Below, in pieces: positions 52,540-64,000 of a DNA stretch of 64,000 nucleotides; the first letter of the stretch is position 1; the number at the start of each line of letters is the position of its first letter. The notes under the pieces were generated by a model. The model searched no databases, was not told the DNA's origin, and was given only the letters and a program-made list of their open reading frames with translations. The translations under genes and the position numbers were made by a program. Source of the DNA: Blasia pusilla (taxonomy: Eukaryota); NCBI GenBank assembly GCA_050084515.1, contig CM114271.1, positions 25,358,001 through 25,422,000 of the forward strand, in the 5' to 3' direction.

Positions 52540-55500
52540 GGAATGAGATCAAGGTGGTCTCTCACGTGAAGACCCTCAATCTACACTCTCTCACTAAGAT
52601 GTGTGTTGTGCGGCAACGAGCAACGTGGTGCAGAAAATCAACCCATCTATCGTCTCATCGACAAACCATCCTCAACTCTGAACATCCTAGACAGGTCTAT
52701 GTACGTCCCCTAAACCCATAAACCATAGATGCTCCTAGCATCAGCACAAAACCCAATATCCCAAATGACTTCCCAATATCTGAAAATTCCTCACACGTGC
52801 AGGGTAAGAGACCATAATGGGTAACTTGACAATAATATTGACGTTGCTCCTCGACAATTGCAAATCTCAACCCCAATTTGGTCGTGAAGATAACTCCTCC
52901 AATCAGCTAGTCGTACTCCTCGTGTACTGACGCTGCTTAAACCTCCTCGACATGCGGTGCAAGTCCAATGATCCGGTGCGGCATTGGCGGCACGGAACGA
53001 CTACAAACGGCACGACACTCGAGAATGGGGTGCGGGACTTAGCGGCATACCCTCCTCAATCAAAAATTCATACGCTCTACTCCTTAGTGAAGGAGCAGCT
53101 CCGCGATCGAGATGGTGCGATGCCGCCATGAGCGGCACGATGTGGCAATCCGCGGCGTGTTACGGCTACGGGCGTCACGGCACGGTACTCGATTGTCGTC
53201 GAGCAGCTACCAATTGCAACATAGAAACATGAAATGAAAACACCATAACCCAAGGCCACCATCACTGGTTGATGACGAAACTATGATGACGGTGACAGCC
53301 AAACCAAAGTACGTAGTGGCGGGGCAAGTCAGCAAATCAACGGTGGTCGTGGAAGACCCTCCACTCCGTAATGGCGGCAATGGCAACCAAAGGGTGGACA
53401 ACGGCCAAACGCAGCTCTGAGCAGCGCTAGGCGACGACAGCGGCCGACGATGGATGGTGGATGGTGGACGGTGGACCATTGACGGTGACGGTTGATGATA
53501 ATGGTGACGAAGGACCGTTGATGATGATTATGACGGCGACGGCCGCCGTCGCCGCTGTTGCTGGTTTAGGGTTTGAATAATTTAACCCTACTTCTGCCTA
53601 GCAATGGAAGTTTTGCAAGATGGACCATAACTTTTTGCTCGCAACTCCAAAATGCACATTTTTTGTTGCACACTATGCAAACCTTTAAGAGCTACAACAA
53701 CATCAAAAATATTTGGAATGGGATGTTCATGTAAAAACTCAATCCCTATCAAAAATTGGGCAGCGCTTCCGCGCGCCACTCTTCTACACAAAACATTGCC
53801 AAAGAAAACATCACAAGTAAGCGACTCTTGCTTTGGTGAGCACTCCCATGAACCGCTGAACGGGGAATACGATCCCCAACCTGCAAAACCAACGAGTGAC
53901 CAGCGAGCTCCCCCATGAAGCTCTCTCACTCACTCATTCTCTCTTAGTAAAATAAGATCCAATCTCTCTCACAACACCGTAGTTCTCACATGTGGGCACT
54001 CTCACATGTCTCTCTCAATGTCAAACCAAACCCACTCTCCTAGTAAGAGGCTTGGGTTACACACACAAGGCAAGCAAGACCATAGCTTCGCCGCCTCATG
54101 CCAAGAGGTTCAACAAAGAGAGACTGAGCTCTCTCAAGCTCTCTCTCCTTGAGGTATACCCCTCCTCTCTCCCAAGCTCTCTCCATGGTAACTTATGCTC
54201 CCAAGTGACCTCCTTGGCTCTTGACTTGATGTAGGAGGTCAAGGGTCACTTACCAAAAATAGAAAGTCGATCATATACTCAAAATGGTACTTACCTAAAA
54301 TAGTAAGTTCCTCAATATTTCTCCAAATGAGCCAAAACGAAGAGGAAACCCGTTTCCCGGGGCCTCAGTAGGTCATCCTTGACCTACTAAGTCTGTCCTA
54401 CTCACAAAGTGCTCTACTAGATCTCACCGATCTGTCCTAAAAGACGTGACAACCCTTTCCATAATAATTCACTCACTTTAATTAGATGGTGAAATAGCAA
54501 AATCTAATATACAAACAAACATATAATTAACTTTTGATTATTCACCTCGATTAGTAAGATATAAGCGGCCAATGGGATGCCCGCAACCATTTCTTTTTTG
54601 TATCCTATGAATCTATCTCTTTTTTGTTCAATGATAATATGAAGGAAAATCTATAAAAAGATATTCAAGGTTGCATGCGGACAAAGTCTGCATTTGCGGA
54701 CTTTTCCGTCCCGAGGAGGAACATGTCCGTGCGGGCCCGGATGCGCGCTCCATGAGCCCACGTTGCTCACGGACTGCACCTGGGACTACCCACACCAAGC
54801 ATTCCACCCTTGCTTGGCTAGTGCGCATCACGCTCGGCGCTTGTTTTTCAATCAAGCCCGTTTTTTTCACTTGCTAGGATCTGATTGTTGTGAGATTTTC
54901 TTCAGCAAGGTAGGTGCTCATGAAAGAAACTATGACTTTGGATCTCTACTAGATAGTGCACTAGGAATGAATCAATTGGCTATCTTAGAGTATGGACCAT
55001 AAGGATTAAAGATACGTCGTTCATATCATAAACAAGATCATGTTTAGGAAAAATTGTATCCTTTTGGTGAGGGAGACCAAGCTCCAAATCTATTTGATTA
55101 TTCAGTGGGTGAAGAAATAGATGTCAACATTGACCCGAAATCCATGGAGATGGAGATATTAGGACATAAAGTAAGGCATGTGTTTGCATTTGTTCAAGCA
55201 GAAGTGACTAATGGGGCGATTCCCCATGCAATAGTGCCGATTGTAACTTATGAGAGCAAGATTATCTATAAATCTACCCTTGTAAGTCAATTGTCTTGCA
55301 ATCCTTTCATGTCAAAGGACAAGCTTACTCGAATAGCCCAAAAGACATAGTACACTACTGGTAAGGGAAAGGAACGTGATCCTAATTTTCTAACTTGTAT
55401 GGTTGATGTTGGTAGTGATATCGCAATTTTGTTTGAATCTACAGTAGACGTTGGCCCTTCCACAAGAAAGGGACAATGTCTGCAAGTAAGTGATTGCTTT

Positions 55501-57081
55501 ACTTAAAGAATTTTAGGGGTACCAAAAATGAAAATTGGTTCTTTTAAAGTACATAAGGTTGAGAAAAAAAAAATTCACTTATAAGTTATGGGGTCTAGAC
55601 CCTAAAATGTCGCAGGTGATGTAGAGCCTTTCATATAGTGACCCCCCGAGTGAAATTAAAACCAAAAAAACGTACATCTGATCTTAAAATGCAAAGCAAG
55701 CAACCTTGGAAATCTGATATTAGACAACCAAGTAGAGATTTTTCCAAAACTGCAAAACTGTAGACTAAACATTCGAGATGCTACTTAAACATGTATGTGA
55801 GGTTATGGGCAAAAATTTTTGGCTATAAAATCAAGAATAGAACAACTATCATCTACATAAGGGGAAGTATTATCTCAAAACCAGAAACTTGGACCATTTT
55901 ACGAGCCATTTGATTAAGTATGTGGTGTACTCACACCAAGAACTAGAACCTATAAAAATTGGTCAAAATTTGATCATAGATCTAGTGTACTCAGACATGG
56001 AAGTACAACCTATAAAATCTTGTCTGAAATATATTCTCTATGGAGCAACATAACATCCTTCTAAATCAAGACCTTTGACTGTTACTTATGTAGGGGCCAC
56101 TTTATCATATATCTGGTTAACCATTAATGGAGTAACATAAATCAAAAACATGAACTAAACAACGCAAGAGCGATTTGAACATTCAAATGACATCGGACAA
56201 CGAGCATATAATCTCCCTAAAGCCAAGAATGTAGAATGTAGACATAGAAATGATGTGTATGTGTTAAAATTACGGCCTATAAAACCTAGAAAACTAACTA
56301 CCTAGGTATCATCACTCAATAGTCGATAGTATAGACTTTATAATCATTTGAACATAAATGAATGTTGAAAAGGGAGCAAAGGGAGCAACCAAACGGGCCT
56401 TTTCCAAGGCCGAACAATGGTGGATACTCTGTCATGGATGCCTTCAACTCTGACAAGGCTAGTACCCATCAAATCTGCCCGCTTACTACCAAAGTCTTAT
56501 CAAACAGAGCTCGACAGAATTGTGCAATCAATTAAGATAGCATGTTTAGGTTCTCTTCATTGTACACAGTTACCTGTAGAAGCACTTGCTTGTAGTGTCA
56601 CATTCTCTGATAGGCTAGGTGTGGGATCTACTGCGATAAAATTGGTCGTTTGGATTCCCGTTGGTCAAAGGAGGTGCCGAAGGTGTTGGAGGCGATGGTT
56701 GGGATGGCCCTTGTCCCTTGTATCTACAAAAAAATGCAAGTGATCATGATCAATCTAAGTTTCAATTATTTGAAAAAATATTAGAAGATGGGAAGGGTGG
56801 AACAGCAAGCTTACTTACCCACGGGGATGGCATGGTCGTGGAAGATTGAGCTCCATTCGACCATGATGGCTGAAATTGAGTACCATATCCCATTGGTGAA
56901 TGCATCATCATGGGTACCCACCACGGCATCTGACTTTGAACCTATGGGGGGCGGAGTATGCTTGCGCAGGCATTACGCCCAATGATGGAGCTACGTCTAA
57001 TGGTTGCATGAGCAAGTAAACATGTAACAATTACAAAAAAAATCTTATTACTAGTTGACGAATTCAAGAGTTTGAGAAGTC

Positions 57082-57228
<147 letters not shown>

Positions 57229-58342
57229 CATGTATTTTATGACTTTACCACCTCATTTATAAGGGTGGAAACCCGTACAGGTACACTTTCTAGTTTGGAT
57301 AACTTAATTGGTCGCTCCTTTGCTTGAGGTTGTTGGAAGCAGATATGTCATTGAGTTACATGTTACATAACTATGAAAACCAAAAACAACCAAAAAACAA
57401 GAAGATATGAAAAGAACATATCCTCCCATCCTCTAACTACAAATCTTCGTCCTCATCTCCCCCCAAGAAGTCCATATCCATAAGTGGACTATAGTGTGGG
57501 TCTTTATGATTTCTATCTGAAAAATCTCCTTGAAAGTTCTCTGGTGATATAATTTTTTGAGTGGATTTCTCCTCCAACCATACACCACGCCTTTGCGGAA
57601 GAGTAGGACTCTAGAATGGCAATGGCTTTCGCTCCTTCACCACTCTTGGTTTAGCAACCCTTAAAAAAAATGTCAAATTCAGTGAGACTTTAGCATGTAT
57701 GACACCATCATCAACATGCTACACTTGACAAAATAAAGTGAAAGATAAAGGTTATCCAACATCACACTTACAAATCCTTCAACCCACCAAACAACTCTGC
57801 CTCTTTTGCTTTTCTCTCTCTCATCGTGCGATTCCTCTCTTCCTCCTATAGATTAGGACTTTGGTGAGCACTATCTACACTATCCCACAATGAACTCCGA
57901 TTGGAATCGGCATTCTCATCTATCATATCAGGTGCACCGTTCCAACGTATCCCTTCCTTTGGAGGCAAAAAGTTAGCAAGAGTGGCACCTAAAATGCCCT
58001 TTGTTTCAAAAGTTTACTTACTACCAAAATATTGAGTCCTCCACACCACAAATGTAGGAGTTAAATTTCTTTCCACTACATGCACAAACCTGCATAGAAT
58101 ATCAACACCACATTGGTCTTGTGTACCTACACGAAGGCAGCTCATAGAGGTTGTAACCCTACTTATAGTCGTTACATACTTGCAAACATAAAGGACCATC
58201 CTCTGATGCACAACATATGACACTTAATGTCAAGAGGGTAGTAACAAAGATATTCTCAAACCTCCCCATAACATAAGTCAAATATTTCAATTACAAAATA
58301 AGAAACTTAAGGGTGGTACCGTAGATACAACTAAAAATTGTG

Positions 58343-60740
58343 CTACTCTGATTCTGAGTTAGCACAGTTCGAATCACCACCATCTACCATATCACATACA
58401 TGGATTACTGGCACATGCTGAACATCCACCCTAGCTGCTTCCATTTCTGCTTCACTCAGGATTCTAGCTCCTAAGGTTCTTACTTCTATTAGGTTTCTTG
58501 GTTCCATGCATGTGGTATGGAGGGTGGGAAAAGCACTACAAGATCCATCTAATAATTCTATATCCTCAAAAAACACTCTACGAGCTCTAGCTTCCTTTCC
58601 CATTACCACTTTCCATCCTCCACCCTCTTGAGCATCTCCGTAAAACACTTTTTGCACTTGTGAAGGGAATACAAATGGTTGGTGATCTAATGGCTCACAC
58701 GATCTTAGGTTGGCCAACAAGAATCCCTCCTCCTCCATTTTCATGGATCTTGTTCTAGCATCCCAATCTGCTATGGGTTGGTCTACAAGCCCATAATCAA
58801 GGAGGATAATATTGACCAAGATCCCAACATATGAGTATAAGAAATTCTCAATGGGACTTTTCTCATCCAGAAATATAGCACCTATTCCACTATCATAGGT
58901 GGAGAATGGTATACTACCACTTGGTCCTTTGACCCTGTAGTGGTTACCGTATGCTTTCATACTCTTGTATGAAATTTCTTTGCTATTAGGAGGGATAGAT
59001 AACAATAATAAGTGAGCATCCGAGTCCTTTGAGTTGTCAACTGCATCTTGGGTTATGGCAAGGAAAATCCACTTTTCAAAAGGAATGTCTCTTGAACTTG
59101 ATTGATATATTTCGTTCAAAATCAAGGCTTGTGGTATTAGTACATGGATATTGTCATTGTTGTCAAATAACAACAAATAAGTAGAAATAGACAAGCTCAC
59201 TAAACATAAGCCCTACGTATCTGAACCACAACCATTGTAAGCATGTACCATAGACAAATACCTTTGCCATTCCAACATAGCCTACGTATTATGTAACACA
59301 ATGATGTGCTAAATTGATCATTTCTCGCAAAAATCGAATAGGAATACCTACATCTTCTAGCTCCTCACCAACGACGCCTTCTTCCTCTCCATCATCCCAC
59401 ACTCAAGTCCACACATCCTCGAACCTTTTCATCTACTCCGTCACAAATCCTAATGCCTCATCCTTCATATATCCTTCAACCATACATCCCTCTTGCCTAG
59501 CTTTAGACCGTACATGTTTTTTCATATATCCTATGTACCTCTCCATTGGATACATCCACTAACATGCTACCGACCCACAAATGTCCAACTCTTCTACAAC
59601 ATGAATAAAAAAATGAGTCGTCACGTCAAAGAAAGACGAGGGGAAATGCATTTCAAGGAGACAAAAGGTAATGCCAGTCTCCTCTTGGAGCTTGAAAAAT
59701 AAAGTAAGATCGTACACCTTTGCACACACCATTCTAAAAATGCCTGATAGTCTAATAATGGTCATCCTTACAACGTCTTTCAAAAGACCGTGAATGCAAT
59801 AAGGAAGGACTTGTTGAATGAACACATGGAAGTGATGTGATTTCAGATTGCCCAACTTCCGATTAACCACATGCTTGCACAATTCTTTGTAATAATCGGA
59901 TGGCACTTTCAAATTCTGAACCCTCAAAAGGAATTTATTCAAGTCTTGGGGAGATAGACAATAATCAAAAACAAGTTTAACAAATACTTGGGCTCTAGTG
60001 GGATGGGGCTGCAACCATAAATGACTTCGAGTTCCACGAACCTCCATATCTCTTCTGACTTTCACCGAATCTTTCACCCCAAACAAGGTCTTAACCACAT
60101 TCTCAGCAATATTTTTCTCCATATGCATTATATCTAATGTATGACGTATAAGCAAATTCTGAAAGGATCATCAAGGAATATGTTGCAATCCTCAATTTTA
60201 ACATAATATATTGTTGCCACACTCAAATTGAACAAAGGCTATTCTCATCTATACCAACTATTTTGTGAAAAAAAGGAAGAATATAGAAGGTAGAAAGCAG
60301 GATACTGGCCAGTAAGGCATCGAATATAGTATACTCAACCTTTTCACTCCAATCCTCTTGTAAGGATCACTAGGATTGTCTTCTCGACTTCCACTCTCAT
60401 CATATATCTTTTTTTCATTTGCCCATCCAAAAATTTCTTTGGAAAGGATTCTTGGCACATGTGGTCTAAGTTCTACACTCTCATTGAAATGAGATCCATA
60501 CCTACGAGTCCTCCATTGATGGTTCATGGCAAGCTACCGACAGTGATAACCATATATGGGTTTGCCACAAGACTTTGAGAAATCATAATCAACCCGAGGC
60601 CCACATATAGTGCATCCTAGTTTTCCACCATGGCTCTGCCCAAAGATGGTTCCATATGTTGGGTAATCATTTATGATCTATAGTAAGCTACCCTGAACGT
60701 GAAGCTCCAACTTCCGCCTAATTTCCGAACATCATGAAAT
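58343..60740 (-). pseudogene. CACTA/En-Spm Tnp2-type transposase relic (Transposase_21, DUF4218, DUF4216-like)
   Basis: IINDYPTYG...GCTICGP (~60600-60680), GVKRLSILYSMPYW, RHTLDIMHMEKNIAE...LKSHHFHVF...LEMHFPSSFFD..TH, WMYPMER (~59545-59555), QPFVFPSQVQKVFY. Confidence 0.9.
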
Positions 60741-60743
60741 TGA

Positions 60744-61702
60744 AGAAGTCCAAGGGTGTCTCTCTTGATCATCCTTGGTGTGTTGATCTCCTCAGATCTC
60801 CTTCCTAGCCATTGCCTCAATGGTCCTGATAGGCATAGGGTTTACCACAAGAATCGATGTGATCGTCGAATCCTCAAACGATGCTGCTCAGCTATTCCTA
60901 AGGTGAAAATCCATGTCAAGCAGTTCAAGTCCATCACCTGATCCAAGACATGGCGTCGTGATGCCTCTGATAGTGACGGTATTGCCGTTACTCCTGTGGG
61001 GAATCCCATCGCTCGCTCTCGCTCATCGGTGTTGGGCTCTACCAACCTTTGTACCTAGTCATCCCAAACCAAGCCAAGAGCATCCTCCTTGAATGCATAG
61101 GAAGCAATAAAACTCACAAATGTGGGAAAGACCACCCGTGGCATGCCAATCCTGTTAACCACAATTAACGGCAGTCGATCATAGTGCCTCACTGCTTGTG
61201 ATTGACAACTTGAATCCAATATAGAATCCACCAACAAATGAGAGGGAATCTCCACTCTTGCATAAACCCTCCACAACACCTCATATGGCACCAAGTTGAT
61301 CCACCAAAGACGCGGGCGATGTGCTCGTGAACCCATACTCGCCGCATCCAACAAAACTGCCGCGCCGATCCATGAGCGCACCTGATGTGCACTCGTTACC
61401 ACACGGAACCTAAAATTTCCCAAAACCGGCACATTCTCTAGAATGTATGCTAGAGGATGAGACTGATGCTTTTGCAAGTGTCACAAGATCCGTATCATCT
61501 CCCAGAACAACCTGGACCGAGAGTGAGCTATTCCGCTACCCCGTCCAACACTCGATTGGCCCTGACATGGCCAACCAGCAATGACCAAGTCTATGGTCCC
61601 TACTCGCTCTAAGTCCGGTGCCCCCAACAATGAAATGTCCCTCGATAGGAAACTCTGGTAACCCTGAATGGCGGACGTAGACAACAAGTCAGGAAAACGG
61701 AG
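60744..61702 (-). pseudogene. Orphan fragment of the gypsy DNMT domain (motifs IV-X)
   Basis: DLVIAGWPCQG...RSRLFWEMIRIL, YILENVP, DAASMGSRAHRPRLWWINL, ERERAMGFPTGVT...RRHVLDQVMDLNCL. Colinear with 48781-49740; no motif I and no terminal repeats. Confidence 0.9.
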
Positions 61703-61875
61703 ACATTTCTCCCATGGCCATAACACATGCCATATGGTGACTCACTAAACTTCATACCTTTGACCATTTCACATTTCCAATGCAAGGCAGAACATGATAG
61801 GCATATTTTTGGATGTGCCATAGAACCCAACGTACGGCGACTACTGGTATAACTCAAACCCCTTTGTAATCGCAA
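61703..61875 (-). pseudogene. Probable Helitron RepHel N-terminal Cys-rich fragment
   Basis: LGSMAHPKICLSCSALHWKCE...F...MCYGHGRNV resembles the Helitron LGxM..CxxCxAxxWxxE...CC..GxV motif. Confidence 0.5.
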
Positions 61876-64000
61876 CTTCCTAATATCACTCTCTTGGAAA
61901 TTTGGACTCCTTGCAAGATTTCATAATATATTACGTCTTACTACCCTATCAACAGTAGACGCCTGATGAATTTTAGAAGCATTTGGTATAGTGGCACTTT
62001 CTATAGGTAACATAACTCCATTACAGGTGGAAGAAACATAACCTAGTCTTGATATTTCTTTATTCCCAAGATAGGGAAGAGTCAAATAATTTTCAACGAC
62101 TTCATGTACACCTTCAACTATTTATCTGGAATAGGGAGATAAATAGGTAATTCAACTCTTGGTGGTACATAAGTAGTTGGGCTGATCGTACAAGAATTCT
62201 CAATAACTTCATGGAGTGCATGGTGAGGTAACTCAAGTATTGGTCTTGGCGACATGTAAATATTCTCTGTGGATCCAAGATGAATCTTTAGATTTTCTCC
62301 TACCAAGACTACATTTGCATTGGAAGGCTAAAAAAAATTAGCATATTATAAACAATAGACAATAAATGAGCAATGAAAATTTTTTGAGAGGATATAAAAA
62401 CTAAGATAGATACCATATGATTTGACTTCGGATAGTCAAAACTAGAGTCAAAATCTCCATATTTGGAGTAGTTGAAAAAGTGTCAAGTACCAAAGGAGGC
62501 TCAACTTGATCATGAAGTGCTTTCCTTCTTTTCCTATACTCATAATAGTAGGTCCTCTTTTTTTCTTTGAGAACTTCCATTCTATCCACTTGGTTGTCCA
62601 TCCAGAATTTTCTTGGCAACTTAGCTCCTTTCTCTGCCTCGCCCTCCTATGGCATGGCTCTTGTTCAACGTCTCCGCCCTCACTTTCTGCCTCAGCAATT
62701 TTCCCTTGCATTCTTGATTTTCCTTTGGTTTTTTGCTCCTCTTTGGTATGTTGTTTCTGATCAGGTTGTGCATGATGTCTCCTAGGTGGGTAGGGCTTTA
62801 GAACGCACGCTATCATTGCGGCTTGCATTGAGGTTTCTGATTAGGTTATGAACAATGGATCCAGATGGGTAGGGCTCTCGTGCACACGTGAGCTTCTTGG
62901 TGCCTTCTGCAGAAGCCGGGTCTTTATTCATATGGGGTTCATCTTTTTTTCCTTGTTGGAATCCAATGGCTCAGCAGTAGGGATGTGAGTACTATTTTTT
63001 TAGGCCCGTGGTTGTTGTGCTTGTTAGGCCTGTGGCTGCACATTTTGTAAGGGCCGAGTATGCATATTCTAAAAGAGCCACGGCTGCACATTCAGTAAGG
63101 GCAGCAACTGCTCTTTTTTAAGCCTACGGCTGCACATTTTGTAAGGGCCGTTGCTGCACATTGTGTAACGGCAAGGACTGCCCTTTGTAGGATGTGGTCT
63201 CTTCCCTTCCCCCTTACTTCCACGGTAGAGGTGGATGCAACGTCCTTGAATGGCATAATGGTTGAGTCTTTTCTTATCTCAGAGTACTCGAGTTGAGTAC
63301 TTCTCGATTGGGAGAGGAAATCTGGTAGTTAGATGTAGACACAGATATACATAGTTCCAAAGCAAAGCTTTATGCCCCTAATAAGCATTGTCTAAGTCGC
63401 TTTACATATTGCTTAAGTTGCCTACTCTTCTCCTAATCCAAACATTAGAGCATAAAATTAATGTTGACTATCACATCCTTATGCTTTTGCCCCCCTTGAG
63501 TGGACCTTACAATCACATGTGGATGTGGGGTAGAATTGATTGGCATCCTCATGAACCCCTTTCAGACAATGAGCAATAATCCTGGACATTGGGTTGAGGT
63601 GTCTTCAAACGTTTCTTCATAGATCCAGCTTGCAATGTGTGCGCTCTTTTGTTGTTGGGAGTTTGAAGGTGATACTCAAGGTTTCCTCTTTCCAAGCCCT
63701 CAATTGGCTTTGGAAAGTTTTCTTTATCTGAAAATGTGGGCTCTCTCAAAGCTGGGAGAGAATCCTTTATGGCATTCTCGAAGCATGGGGCATGTTCAGA
63801 GTTGAGCTTTGTCCCCCAAGGAGGGCTTACACCAAAATGTGACTTCCTCCATTTACTCAGCCACATGCAATCCTCTTGAGATATGGGAGACCACTTGGAA
63901 CTCTTGAGTTCTTAGGGATCGAGACTCTTTACACCATAATACTTCTTTGAAGTATCTTTGTCGACACTCTTTCCTTCCCCTACATCAATTTTTTGTTGTT

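Larger units (their letters stand above)
35467..54451 (-). mobile_element. Ty3/gypsy element 2 (family 1): gag-PR-DNMT-RT-RH-IN-PHD, interrupted by element 3; termini A...PPT-B-A-B
   Basis: A1 54451-53948, PPT 36241-36233, B1 36232-36105, AT spacer, A2 36102-35586, B2 35586-35467 (last ~8 nt missing). All pol domains are recognisable. Confidence 0.92.

Noticed and set aside
35467-54451. DIRS/PAT tyrosine-recombinase element (suggested by split repeats plus a methyltransferase)
   Set aside because: Protease, DDE integrase, PPT and TSDs are present. No YR ORF is seen, and the MTase is C5-type rather than the Dam-like domain of DIRS.
54694-55350. GSDCCEIFFSKVG as a P/THAP-like transposase motif
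   Set aside because: One short motif in fragmented frames is not enough support.

Overview
Eukaryotic, land-plant-type genomic DNA (GT-AG introns and plant TE families; a non-seed plant such as a bryophyte is my inference). The first 5.7 kb holds the 5'-incomplete, spliced gene of a ZIFL-type MFS transporter (14 exons recovered). Most of the rest is a transposon graveyard: hAT, Helitron and CACTA relics, a ~180-bp tandem array and a (GA)n tract. The main result is a group of Ty3/gypsy retrotransposons: three near-full copies from two families (one nested in another), one solo repeat and one orphan fragment. They combine four unusual traits. (1) A DNMT3-like C5 cytosine methyltransferase lies inside pol between protease and RT. 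(2) A PHD finger ends the integrase. (3) The termini are split direct repeats A...PPT-B-A-B instead of two full LTRs, with an internal GACA-NN-TGTC att-like junction and apparent 4-bp TSDs, which suggests integration from a circular intermediate. (4) There is a Tf1-like self-priming site instead of a tRNA PBS. All copies are degenerate (stops, frameshifts, deletions). Coordinates were read by eye and no database search was run.
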